Of a DNA stretch of 64,000 bases, positions 35,331 through 44,227 are shown in pieces (position 1 is the stretch's first letter; every line of letters begins with the position of its first letter). Position numbers and translations under genes: made by a program. This DNA comes from a virus. The stretch covers positions 1,212 to 65,211 of the IMG/VR virus record IMGVR_UViG_3300000956_000011. One strand, written 5' to 3'. Under the pieces are notes generated by a model. It was not told the DNA's origin, searched no databases, and saw nothing but the letters and a program-made list of their open reading frames with translations.

Positions 35331-36886
35331 GCCGTCACCTCTTCGTCTTCATTCTCCGCATCACGCCGAGCCTGCTCGCCCTCGTCGTCTTGCTCATTGT
35401 TTAGGTTACCCATGAACTGCTCGTTTTCCGCGAGCACCAACTCCAGCTCATTTTCCTCAAGGGGGAATCCAGCGTCGCGCAGAACCTTAATGGAAGTCTG
35501 CATGCTGATGAGCGCAGGTGTCGCCATTCTCATGGTGATCACCTCGTCGAGAATCTGCTTGCGATTGATCGGTATCTTGTTCCCGATGGTGGGCTGCACA
35601 GTGACGGCGGGGGTGAGGGTACCTTCTTCTCCGCTCATCAACAAAGGCAGCTCTTCGTACACCGTCAACCAGAAGCACAGATCATGGAACATCTGCGCAT
35701 GCACGTCAACGATGTGCTGGTCCTTGGATTTGGTGTGCGCGATCATCGGGGCGAGCTGCAAGGCCAGCGCGATACCAGACTCCGCTGTCGCACTATCAAC
35801 CTTGCCCACAGCGGCATCGCTGGCCCCCAGGGCTGCCCGTACCGAGTCAACAAGGCGCGTGTAGTGCTCTCCGTAGGCCGTCAGGTTCGTAGCGCCTGTG
35901 ACGCGCCTGAGGTTTCCTGCCTGAATGAGAACACGTCCAGGCCCCATGATCCAGTCAACAGCGTTACCCTGCTCATCGCGCGGTGCGCCGCCATCCGTGG
36001 CGTAGACGCCAATGCCCTCGAGAGCCAGAGTAAGGTCCTCGTCGCTGATGGTCTGGTTGACGCCCAGCAACACCGACTCCAGCCCGCGCAGTTCACTTGA
36101 GCCGAAAGGCGCGGTCGGATCAATGTTCTTCAGGTGATACACCGGAATGGCGGGGATCTCCGGCGGCAATGGCTCCGGAGCGAGAACGGTGGCGTACGGT
36201 CCCGCTGCGGTACCTGACCACTCGTCCGGCTTGTAAATGGCGTGGCTACGAATGATCTCCGTCTGGTTACCGGCATCGTCGAAAATGCGCTCGTACGTCA
36301 TGCGACTGACGTACTCCTGTTTGTTCATTGTGATGGGTTCGGCCAGGTGCACCTTGACGATCTTCTCGTCATCACCACCCTCGACCAGCATCGCTTCTGT
36401 GACGGGAAAGTACGCGCTGGGGTCCACTGCCATGATCTTGATTCGTCGACCAAGAGGCTTCGCGTCGTTGGCGATGATGTGCCACAACCAGTCACCCCGG
36501 TAAAGCCCCTTCAGTTTGTTGCTGGCGAACTTGCTGAGGAACTGCTCCCGCGTAAACAGGGTATCGAAGGCCAGTTGAGCGATCTGCACGGGACCACTGG
36601 CAGCCGTATCCGTAGCCTCCGCACCAGGCGCGGTAATGGTCCAACCGAAGTCCGGTGCGGTGTAGCGATCCACAGTGTTGATGAGCGTCCGCGCAGTCGG
36701 CATGAAGATGGGGTTGTCGTTATCACCCCGCATGACCTCCAGATAGCCCTCTTCGGACGACCAGTAAATCTCCTCGTATTTGCCGTACGCGCCAATACGA
36801 AGCTTGTCCGCCTCTGGCACCCATCCCGGTGCCTGACCGAGCCACGGTTCAATGGTGGACCACTGGGTGAAAATGCTCGCGGTCAT
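35327..36886 (-). CDS. portal protein (519 aa)
   Basis: Position after terminase; RIGAYGKYEEIY, PFGSSELRGLE and ESGIALALQLAP are SPP1-like portal features. Confidence 0.85.
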   Translation of the reverse strand: MTASIFTQWSTIEPWLGQAPGWVPEADKLRIGAYGKYEEIYWSSEEGYLEVMRGDNDNPIFMPTARTLINTVDRYTAPDFGWTITAPGAEATDTAASGPVQIAQLAFDTLFTREQFLSKFASNKLKGLYRGDWLWHIIANDAKPLGRRIKIMAVDPSAYFPVTEAMLVEGGDDEKIVKVHLAEPITMNKQEYVSRMTYERIFDDAGNQTEIIRSHAIYKPDEWSGTAAGPYATVLAPEPLPPEIPAIPVYHLKNIDPTAPFGSSELRGLESVLLGVNQTISDEDLTLALEGIGVYATDGGAPRDEQGNAVDWIMGPGRVLIQAGNLRRVTGATNLTAYGEHYTRLVDSVRAALGASDAAVGKVDSATAESGIALALQLAPMIAHTKSKDQHIVDVHAQMFHDLCFWLTVYEELPLLMSGEEGTLTPAVTVQPTIGNKIPINRKQILDEVITMRMATPALISMQTSIKVLRDAGFPLEENELELVLAENEQFMGNLNNEQDDEGEQARRDAENEDEEVTA

Positions 36887-37242
36887 GAACTCCTCATTTC
36901 ATATTCGAAAACACCATTGATGGTGACCACGAAGAACCGTTGCCCCGGGATCATGTACTTGAAATCAGTTTCGGATGGTCCGTCCGGGCCGCTGGGATGG
37001 CTGTGCCAAATCCCGAAGATGTTTTCCTCATCCCGAAAGGCCATGGCCTGGTAATCCGGGTCCATTTGCCAGCTGTGCCTTCTGTTCTTGGCCACATTAG
37101 GAACAGCGAACACGAACTGCTCAGAATCCGGGTCCGCACTGTTCATAATGAATCCACATGCCTCGAACGGGAAGGCATATCTGGCTCGTTTCACCAATGC
37201 GTGCTTAACGCATTCCGCAAGAGGAGCTCGGGTGGTGGTCAT
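36883..37242 (-). CDS. JAB/MPN+ (Mov34) metalloprotease (119 aa)
   Basis: EACGF...WHSHP...PSETD is the full E-xn-HxH-x7-S-x2-D JAMM motif. Confidence 0.85.
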   Translation of the reverse strand: MTTTRAPLAECVKHALVKRARYAFPFEACGFIMNSADPDSEQFVFAVPNVAKNRRHSWQMDPDYQAMAFRDEENIFGIWHSHPSGPDGPSETDFKYMIPGQRFFVVTINGVFEYEMRSS

Positions 37243-38675
37243 CGCTTGTCCCTTCGCCTACGCGACACCGCACGTGGCCCCCGAGTGGACCGTACTCGCC
37301 GAACAACCGGAGGAGCGTTTACTGCCTCGTCTCCGAAATGTCCTTTGAAGAAACGACCCAACGCTTCCGGTGCGTGATCGTCCTTCTTGAGTGGTTTCTC
37401 TGCCTCGTTGATTGCTTCGTCTTTTGTTTGCGGGTATCGATACGCATCCATCTCATGGATGAGCATCTTGCATCGCGGATTCACCAGTAGTCGCGGGCGG
37501 CGGTCCGGATGATTGTAATCTAGATGTTCGTTCTCGTCCTTGAGCCATTTACGAATAAGCTCGAGGCGCGTCTTGATTTCCCCGCCCGTGCTACCACGCA
37601 CCTGCACCCGCAGGCGCTCGCTGAGTGTGTGGCTGGCTGCGGGATCCTCCGGGTCGGGGAACAACTGTGTGGCCACCCGTACGAGCCCCGGATGTGCCGC
37701 GCTCTGCGTGCCTTGCTGCAGGTCGTCAGCTACTTCCTCGGGACTGCGGTGCGACTGGTAATACTCGTCAATCACATGCACGTGGTCCCAGGGATCCACC
37801 TGAATGAATAGAACCACGTTCGGATTGGTCCAGCCGTAGTCCGTAGCGAGGAATACCGGCCATGCGGGATTGTATTCAGCGACCCTGGGATTGACGTGCC
37901 ACTCTTCGTCCCAGTCCTTGAACACCTGGCCGACATAGTTCGTGAACTGCGCTAGGACTTCCTGCTTGCCCATCTCTTCGGACATGCCCTTGAGCATAGA
38001 CAAGATCTCAGGGTCATCAGCGCCCAGTGGGAATAGTCTCTCATTAGCGTAAGACGGAAAGCGAAAGCTTTCCCATTCCGGGTCAGTGCCGTGTAGGCCC
38101 AGTTGAAAGAACTCATAAAACCAATTCTTCCCCTCTGGAGTGGAATTGAACTTCCCCCAGCCCCGGTAGTCCGCCAATGTCGGGCGGATGTACTGATCCC
38201 AAATCCTCTTCTTCATCTTGGCAGCTTCCGCCATGATCACACCAGAGAGACCCTCACCAACCAGGTTCTCTGGATACTTGGCAGACTGCGCCTTCAGTAG
38301 AAAGCGGCCACCCCATAGGGAAACCTGCATATCGCCGCCACGCGCGTCGTAATACGTGCCAGGCTTGTCGAAAGGCATCTTGAGGGCTTTGGCCTTGTTG
38401 TAGAAGGCACGGAACTCTTTCTCCGAGTCAGTGTACTGCGGTCCGGTAATCCAGTACTCGTGACGGATTCCCATCTCCGTCAGCATGTCCTTCGCCATGT
38501 AGGCGCGGTATGCCTCGGGTAGGAGTTCCATGCCTCCTGCGGTGGACTTGCCCGTACGACGACCAGCGGCGACTACTTGGAACCGTGCTGCAGACGCGTG
38601 AATACGACGCTGCGCCTTGTTCGGCACATAGCCGACCTTCGCAAACAGCTTGTTCTTCGCAATCACCAAGGCCAC
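37239..38675 (-). CDS. terL: terminase large subunit
   Basis: Walker A AGRRTGKS, Walker B VIMAEAA, motif III STPEG, nuclease ATDYGW and DDHAPEA. Confidence 0.92.
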   Translation of the reverse strand: MALVIAKNKLFAKVGYVPNKAQRRIHASAARFQVVAAGRRTGKSTAGGMELLPEAYRAYMAKDMLTEMGIRHEYWITGPQYTDSEKEFRAFYNKAKALKMPFDKPGTYYDARGGDMQVSLWGGRFLLKAQSAKYPENLVGEGLSGVIMAEAAKMKKRIWDQYIRPTLADYRGWGKFNSTPEGKNWFYEFFQLGLHGTDPEWESFRFPSYANERLFPLGADDPEILSMLKGMSEEMGKQEVLAQFTNYVGQVFKDWDEEWHVNPRVAEYNPAWPVFLATDYGWTNPNVVLFIQVDPWDHVHVIDEYYQSHRSPEEVADDLQQGTQSAAHPGLVRVATQLFPDPEDPAASHTLSERLRVQVRGSTGGEIKTRLELIRKWLKDENEHLDYNHPDRRPRLLVNPRCKMLIHEMDAYRYPQTKDEAINEAEKPLKKDDHAPEALGRFFKGHFGDEAVNAPPVVRRVRSTRGPRAVSRRRRDKR

Positions 38676-38687
38676 GGAATTACCTTC

Positions 38688-38858
38688 CTACGGAAGCTCG
38701 TCCCACACATCCGTCGGGACGTAGTCGCGGTCCCCGCGCTTGCGTGCGGCTGCCTTGAACCACGGGAGCTTCTGGCCCCGCGCGGGGTTCCTGGTCTGCG
38801 TGCCCTTGGTACTGGGCACCAAGTTCACCTTCACGGCGACCTCGGGGCTGATGGGCAT
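38688..38858 (-). CDS. small basic protein (56 aa), absent from the ORF track
   Basis: ATG 38858 after AAAGGAGG; MPISPEVAVKVNLV...VWDELP. Confidence 0.65.
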   Translation of the reverse strand: MPISPEVAVKVNLVPSTKGTQTRNPARGQKLPWFKAAARKRGDRDYVPTDVWDELP

Positions 38859-38939
38859 TGCTACCTCCTTTGCTTGCCTGAATTGGCTAGTACCGGGCAG
38901 GATACCCGCGTACGCGCGAGCGGGGCTACCTGCGCTCGG

Positions 38940-39128
38940 TCAGTCGGTGATCGGCTCCCAATACCTGATGTTGGCCATCACGAAGGTCCGAAGGATTCCC
39001 TTGCCATGTTGGCTCGGGTCTTTCTCGAATACATAATTGTTGTCGATTGATGTCTGTAGATGGCACCAACTAGTTTCCACCTCAGTGCCGTCGACGAAGT
39101 GAATGAGGTACTTGCGCGGAAGTGGCAT
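38940..39128 (-). CDS. hypothetical protein (62 aa)
   Basis: YLIHFVDGTEV...F.MANIRYW small beta protein; overlaps the upstream stop. Confidence 0.65.
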   Translation of the reverse strand: MPLPRKYLIHFVDGTEVETSWCHLQTSIDNNYVFEKDPSQHGKGILRTFVMANIRYWEPITD

Positions 39129-39208
39129 CACCGATCACCGAACACAAAAAGTAGGAACACAGCGACAGCTACGATCACCCATATCAGACTCCTCCTAAGG
39201 AAGTTCAT
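39128..39208 (-). CDS. 26-aa single-TM peptide, absent from the ORF track
   Basis: MNFLRRSLIWVIVAVAVFLLFVFGDR; TAATG and TGATG overlaps couple it to both neighbours. Confidence 0.55.
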   Translation of the reverse strand: MNFLRRSLIWVIVAVAVFLLFVFGDR

Positions 39209-40002
39209 TACGACCGCCTCCGGCGTCGGCTGCGGACAGGCTGAGGTTCGGGCTCTTCGTCCTCGAATTCAACGTCCAGCACTTCGCCCTCTACCGCGCC
39301 TGCCTGCGCTGCGGCGAGCGCGGTACGACCCTTGACAATGGCCTCGTCGTTCACGTCGGCCACGATGCCGTCTAGCGCCACCTGCCAGGGTTGTTCCTGG
39401 GTCACCACAAGCCGCTCAGGCACCTTGCCCTCAATACGTTCTACGACGAACTGGGCCGCTTTGATGCGCTCTCCTGGCGTGGCCACACTGCCTACCGGAC
39501 CGCGCCCTGCCGCGATGTCTGTCATGGCCTGAATGGCTTCGGTGTAGTTGCCGAGCCACAACTCTTGACCGCGTGTCATCAGTTCCCGGAGGCACGCCTG
39601 CTGGAACTCACGGGGTACCCACTTCGGTGGACGACCTCTGAATCCACCAGCCGAGTCCCGGAGCCGCCCGCGCACCAATTCTTCAACGCTCAGTCCGGCC
39701 ACGAACTCTTGAATCGTCATTCCCGTGTCTTTCATAATGCGCTCCATTCGCACCCACGCGCGGCTCATGCGCACCTTGCCCTTGAGGACCGTGCGTTGCC
39801 TTTCCGTGAGCAAGTGGTGGGTCTGGGTAGGTACGCGAAAGCGCTGACGCAGCACGCCAGCGCGATCAACCGTCATTCCGCCTTCGTCGTTAGTCCCCCG
39901 GAAGTGATCTGCCATTTCCTGGGATCGCCTCTTGTTCCTGCGATACCGTTGCGTTGGGCCGATCTCCGAGTCCGGTTTCGGAACCGTGTACTGATTGGCC
40001 AT
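39208..40002 (-). CDS. terS: terminase small subunit (264 aa)
   Basis: LSVEELVRGRLRDSAGGFRGRPP...ERIKAAQFVVERIEGK resembles actinophage TerS; upstream of terL; SD AAGGAGG. Confidence 0.72.
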   Translation of the reverse strand: MANQYTVPKPDSEIGPTQRYRRNKRRSQEMADHFRGTNDEGGMTVDRAGVLRQRFRVPTQTHHLLTERQRTVLKGKVRMSRAWVRMERIMKDTGMTIQEFVAGLSVEELVRGRLRDSAGGFRGRPPKWVPREFQQACLRELMTRGQELWLGNYTEAIQAMTDIAAGRGPVGSVATPGERIKAAQFVVERIEGKVPERLVVTQEQPWQVALDGIVADVNDEAIVKGRTALAAAQAGAVEGEVLDVEFEDEEPEPQPVRSRRRRRS

Positions 40003-40261
40003 CGTTCACCTCCTTCTTGATCTCGTTCAGGCGGTTGCGATACCACGTCACATCGGAATCCGGAGTGATGTCCCGCTCCAGCAGTTCCTCGAGAAGGCGA
40101 ATGAGCCTGCCGATGATTGACGGGTCATTGTCATGAAAGGAAGGCATGCCGCGCTTTCGGTCGTCGGTGATCCCGCATTCCTCACCAATGGTCCTCATTG
40201 GCCGTACTACCGCGCCCACGCCCAAGGGTTCCTCGGGCCATTGGTACCCGTTGATGTTCAT
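39890..40261 (-). CDS. hypothetical protein (123 aa; overlaps the terS start by about 113 nt)
   Basis: ATG 40261 after GAAGGG. Confidence 0.5.
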   Translation of the reverse strand: MNINGYQWPEEPLGVGAVVRPMRTIGEECGITDDRKRGMPSFHDNDPSIIGRLIRLLEELLERDITPDSDVTWYRNRLNEIKKEVNDGQSVHGSETGLGDRPNATVSQEQEAIPGNGRSLPGD

Positions 40262-40323
40262 TAGCCCTTCACTGACCCTTCTGAACAGTTCACTGTGGTC
40301 TGCGCCCCCTCCGACCCCGCGCG

Positions 40324-40740
40324 CTATAGCAAGCCCCGGTGTCTGTCGCACCGCGCAATACCTACGCGTGCGCCCGTCACGTCCAGCGTCTTCGTTTCGG
40401 TGTGCTGCGCCTGCCCGTTGCACACGACGATCAGGGGCGTCTTGCCCATGCGCGGTTGTTTCATGCGGTAGGTGCACTTCGGCCACGTGAGGCTAAGTGC
40501 GTGCGTGGGGAAAAGAGCATTCAATAGCTCCAACGACTTCTGCGCGTCATACGTGAGCCTTTCGGAATCCCAGCATTCTTGAGCTCGCGCCCCGTATTTC
40601 TCCCACTGCGTTTCCGTCAAGCGTGGGGTGATGCGAATTGACCAGCCAACGTCCTGCCAGCGCCCCAGCCAGGAATGCATCAGCTCGCCCTTGTCCTGTG
40701 CGGGAACGGCTTCGCCCTTGCGGTACATCAGAACAACCAA
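40324..40740 (-). CDS. hypothetical protein
   Basis: Fills the operon; C-terminal C...C..H...C..H. Confidence 0.5.
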   Translation of the reverse strand: MVVLMYRKGEAVPAQDKGELMHSWLGRWQDVGWSIRITPRLTETQWEKYGARAQECWDSERLTYDAQKSLELLNALFPTHALSLTWPKCTYRMKQPRMGKTPLIVVCNGQAQHTETKTLDVTGARVGIARCDRHRGLL

Positions 40741-41174
40741 TCATTGTCGTAGGAACGCGGACGACGCGCCTTACGCGGATTCAGTTTCGTTTCGTTCTCG
40801 AATGTCCGGTCACCCACCGAGACAGGTTCCTCTATTCGATACCTTTTGCCGAAGTTCGGAAATGGCTTGTCCATCTGAGTGACTGCCTGTCCGTCTCCGA
40901 AGTACTGAAAGAACTTGCAGTGCGCCCAGTGCTTATACCCGACCAGTGATTCGCAACACCATCGATAAGGCGTCAATCTCATGTTTATAGCCGAAACGAT
41001 GCCCGTCGGTCCGTTCACTGCACACGGACGAGCGTGCCAGCAATTGAACTGCGAATTACAGCACGGCCGGTCTTCTTCCCACGCATGGACGACCTCGTCG
41101 TTGTCACCCATTCTGCTTCGGCCTATCCACTCGTGCCTGACGACGAATACGGTCAGCTGCCTGCTCGATGCCAT
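40728..41174 (-). CDS. Cys/His-rich hypothetical protein (start uncertain)
   Basis: CC...CWH...C...WCC...KHWAHC. Confidence 0.55.
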   Translation of the reverse strand: MASSRQLTVFVVRHEWIGRSRMGDNDEVVHAWEEDRPCCNSQFNCWHARPCAVNGPTGIVSAINMRLTPYRWCCESLVGYKHWAHCKFFQYFGDGQAVTQMDKPFPNFGKRYRIEEPVSVGDRTFENETKLNPRKARRPRSYDNDWLF

Positions 41175-41307
41175 CCGACGGGTCAGCTGATTCCGTCAAC
41201 TGCGCGAGCATCAACTGCTCCTTCGCCGACGTCCGCACATCATGAGGCTCCGGTTGCACGAGACCCGGATAACCACCGTATTCGCTACCACCTCGAGGAT
41301 ATGTCAT
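41104..41307 (-). CDS. hypothetical protein, first gene after the AT-rich gap
   Basis: ATG 41307 after TAGGTGG. Confidence 0.55.
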   Translation of the reverse strand: MTYPRGGSEYGGYPGLVQPEPHDVRTSAKEQLMLAQLTESADPSDGIEQAADRIRRQARVDRPKQNG

Positions 41308-41443
41308 GCTAACCACCTAACCCGTTTTGAAGGTTTTCGAGGGCATTCGGTTCTGACGATTGAATCCTACCAGAGAGAAGCCTCCGTCTTATTCGACGAA
41401 CATTCAAACATTTGAACTAGGGGTCCCCTTAAGTAAGAACTAT

Positions 41444-41466
41444 TGAGATGAGATGAGATGAGATGA
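41444..41466. repeat. (TGAGA)4 short tandem repeat in an AT-rich intergenic region
   Basis: tgagatgagatgagatgagatga. Confidence 0.9.
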
Positions 41467-41488
41467 ATAGATACTTATGACCTAGTAA

Positions 41489-42160
41489 TTAACCAAGATC
41501 GTCTTTGCCTTGATCGTCTTCGGCCAGCCACGGCATGAGCCTCTCCACTTCCCTGATCCCCGACTCTGAAGCCAGCGACCGCATCACCAGTGCGCCATAA
41601 CGGGTGGCGTCCCGTTGGTGTTCACCGTGAGCCCCATCAGGCCCGGACCACAGATTGAACATCCGCAACCGGTGATCCGTGAACACCTTCATGGCGTCCA
41701 CAATGTTCGCCCGCACAAACGGAAAAGGCGCTCGCCAACTGAGCGCCCGAAACATTGACTGAATTCTGACCGGGGAGAGAATGGTGGCATCGTCCCCCAT
41801 CTCCCGTTGTTTCCACGCCTCCCCCACCACAATGAACAGGTCGGAATCCCTCCCGAGGCTGAACTCCCCGTCGCCGTACATCCAGGCACCGCGCACGAGC
41901 GCCATCATCAGTTCCGCCTGCCACGGCTCGGGTCCGCGGAAGCGCCCCGCCTTCCAGGCCCAGACGGACGGGTCCGCGCCCTTCCCCGTCGTCACTCCCC
42001 GCAGCCCTCCGGCCAGCAACGCGTCAACCGCGACCCTGCCCACAAACCAACCAGTGGTGACGCCCTCATCGAACGCCACCACGAACAACCGCTGCACATC
42101 AGTAAGCGGGGCAGGGAGCTCCGGTTTGATGGTCCGGATCTGTTCTGGGATCATGGCCAT
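41489..42160 (-). CDS. RuvC-like Holliday junction resolvase
   Basis: VVAFDEGVTTGW, IVVGE and HQRDATRY acidic RNase H-fold motifs. Confidence 0.72.
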   Translation of the reverse strand: MAMIPEQIRTIKPELPAPLTDVQRLFVVAFDEGVTTGWFVGRVAVDALLAGGLRGVTTGKGADPSVWAWKAGRFRGPEPWQAELMMALVRGAWMYGDGEFSLGRDSDLFIVVGEAWKQREMGDDATILSPVRIQSMFRALSWRAPFPFVRANIVDAMKVFTDHRLRMFNLWSGPDGAHGEHQRDATRYGALVMRSLASESGIREVERLMPWLAEDDQGKDDLG

Positions 42161-42342
42161 ACCGAAGTAATGAAGTCAATCAACCACGCGGAGACCACAA
42201 AGCACAGCACCATCCACACCGGTATCAGCAAAGCGAGAATAGACAAAAGAACCCACATGGGGCGCTCCGAAATCCAGTCCTCTATTCTGTCCCGGGTTCG
42301 CCAGGTCCAGCCAGGCCAGAACCAGCGACGAGGCATTCTCAT
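42151..42342 (-). CDS. small membrane protein (63 aa)
   Basis: Trp-rich with a C-terminal TM helix. Confidence 0.55.
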   Translation of the reverse strand: MRMPRRWFWPGWTWRTRDRIEDWISERPMWVLLSILALLIPVWMVLCFVVSAWLIDFITSVWP

Positions 42343-42554
42343 TCCTCACCCCCGGGGAAGAACACCGGAGCGACTCCGGTGCAGGCAAGCTCCCAGTGGT
42401 ACTGAACGGTCAGGTTGGCGCACGTCCAGGCAACAGCCGTCGCCATGGCTGCCCCACTTTGACGATAGGCCACCGTGACGGTAGCCCAGTAGACCCAGAC
42501 TACTTGCAGGCTAAGCACGCCCGACCACCACCCATCCCCCGTCGTCGAGATCAC
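42339..42554 (-). CDS. small membrane protein (start uncertain)
   Basis: Hydrophobic; fills the operon. Confidence 0.4.
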   Translation of the reverse strand: MISTTGDGWWSGVLSLQVVWVYWATVTVAYRQSGAAMATAVAWTCANLTVQYHWELACTGVAPVFFPGGEE

Positions 42555-43014
42555 CGCGCGCCTGGTCGTACATAGCAGGTAGGTCGATGCTGCGCCACCA
42601 ACCTAGATCGTTCATGTGGCGCACCTTGACCGCGCGCTCCCGAACACCCCCGTCCATGCGTTCGATGATGACGCCCGGTTCGTAGTCGCGGTCTGGATGG
42701 AAACCGTGCTGCGGACAGGGATTCGGGGAGGCCAGCATCCCAGGCGCGCAACACCAGTCGGCGGCTTTCGGGTCCACGATGGTCCCCGCCACCTCCCTCA
42801 TCACCCGCAGCCAAGCCGAAAGAGCCATCTCCGCGCCCTTACCGGCCAACATCCCCCAGGATTCACGGGCCTCCTTTTTTGCCTGGGGCGCATAGCCTTC
42901 AAGAGCGGTGATGAGCACGCGATGCCAGTGCGCCACCAGCTCGCGACCCTCGGGAGTCATGGCCTGCACCAGTCGGCTGATCTGCGGGTATTTGTCGAAC
43001 CTCTTCTCAGCCAT
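42511..43014 (-). CDS. hypothetical protein (167 aa)
   Basis: Overlaps neighbours; WCC...PCPQHG. Confidence 0.62.
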   Translation of the reverse strand: MAEKRFDKYPQISRLVQAMTPEGRELVAHWHRVLITALEGYAPQAKKEARESWGMLAGKGAEMALSAWLRVMREVAGTIVDPKAADWCCAPGMLASPNPCPQHGFHPDRDYEPGVIIERMDGGVRERAVKVRHMNDLGWWRSIDLPAMYDQARGDLDDGGWVVVGRA

Positions 43015-43216
43015 CGATCAATCTCCTGATCTGTTCGACGGCCGGATTGGTCCCGTCCGAATTGCAAATGTTGCGAATGCGGAGGAGCAGAGCCTCCGCG
43101 TGCCGGTAGTACGTGACGAGACCGTGCACCTCAGCCAAGATCTCCTCCGTGAGGTACGGACCAGCCCCGAACCGACAAGCCGTCCGGACCTTCTGCACAA
43201 TTTCTTCACTGGCCAT
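43007..43216 (-). CDS. hypothetical protein (69 aa)
   Basis: Overlaps neighbours. Confidence 0.6.
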   Translation of the reverse strand: MASEEIVQKVRTACRFGAGPYLTEEILAEVHGLVTYYRHAEALLLRIRNICNSDGTNPAVEQIRRLIDG

Positions 43217-43679
43217 TGAAAGCCTCCGATAGCTTTTTGAGGATTTCGTGGAGCTCGCCGCCCGGTTGTGGCCAGCCCCGGTTCGTAGCCCAGTCGTGGA
43301 GCCCCGAAAGAATCTGCTGAAGCCGATCCACCTCCACGGCCAGCAAGTAGTTCTTCTGGTCGCTTTTGGCCTGCTCTACTCCAAGCTGACGAGCGGTCGA
43401 AGCCCACTCCGCCAAACGATCGCCGTTGCTGCGCAACCATTTCTCTGTCCCGGGGTCAGTGGTTGCATTGGCCAGTCGATGAGTTTCCCGCGCTTGCGCC
43501 ATCAACGCGATCGCTAGACGCTCCGCGGAAAGTCCCTGGGTTGCCTCCACGAGGACAGTGGCGGACACAGCCTCCAGAGTGATCTTCCTTATCTCTTGGA
43601 CAGCCTGGGTCGCGCTCGTCGCGCCAGCTACCCAACGCTCGACCCAGTAGGAAATCCTGGTCAGGTGTTCAGTAGTCAC
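43206..43679 (-). CDS. hypothetical helical protein (157 aa)
   Basis: Overlaps neighbours. Confidence 0.62.
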   Translation of the reverse strand: MTTEHLTRISYWVERWVAGATSATQAVQEIRKITLEAVSATVLVEATQGLSAERLAIALMAQARETHRLANATTDPGTEKWLRSNGDRLAEWASTARQLGVEQAKSDQKNYLLAVEVDRLQQILSGLHDWATNRGWPQPGGELHEILKKLSEAFNGQ

Positions 43680-44001
43680 TAGCGTCTCCGTTCGTGTAGC
43701 GCTTGGCCAGTACTTCGGCTTCTCGCCTCAGATGGTCTGTACGGGCTTGAACTACGTCGGGGGTGCCCAACACCCGAACAACGTCGGCCAGTTGCGCAGG
43801 CGCTGCGCCAGCCTCGTACGCGGCCACGACCAGCCGACGCACGCGGGCGTCTCGCGCGATTACCTGTCGTGCCATCACGACGACGATGGTTGCCCCTGCC
43901 GCTGCACAGTTCACCGCAGGGAGGAAACCCCACAGGACAATGGACACTGTGATCGTAGAGAGGGCCAGCGCCACGGCCAGGCAAATCGCGATCTGCTTCA
44001 C
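43669..44001 (-). CDS. 2-TM membrane protein (110 aa)
   Basis: GTG 44001 after CAGGAGG; two hydrophobic helices. Confidence 0.62.
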   Translation of the reverse strand: MKQIAICLAVALALSTITVSIVLWGFLPAVNCAAAGATIVVVMARQVIARDARVRRLVVAAYEAGAAPAQLADVVRVLGTPDVVQARTDHLRREAEVLAKRYTNGDASDY

Positions 44002-44225
44002 CACGGCACCTCCTGGTATCGGAGCGGCAAAACCGTCAGCCGCGAGCAGAAGTGCCGTAGCTGCAACCACAACTCCTCCGGGGGCCAGATGACCGCTTCC
44101 AACGCAATGCGTGCCTTGGCCGCGACCCCTCGGGTGAGCGTGCGCTTGCAGGCCAGGTTCTCCGCCAACGCGAATGACGCGGCCAACAGGTATGTAAGTG
44201 CGAACGCGCAAAGTATCCCCAGCAT
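43998..44225 (-). CDS. membrane protein (75 aa)
   Basis: ATG 44225 after GGAGGA; N-terminal TM helix. Confidence 0.62.
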   Translation of the reverse strand: MLGILCAFALTYLLAASFALAENLACKRTLTRGVAAKARIALEAVIWPPEELWLQLRHFCSRLTVLPLRYQEVPW

Positions 44226-44227
44226 GA

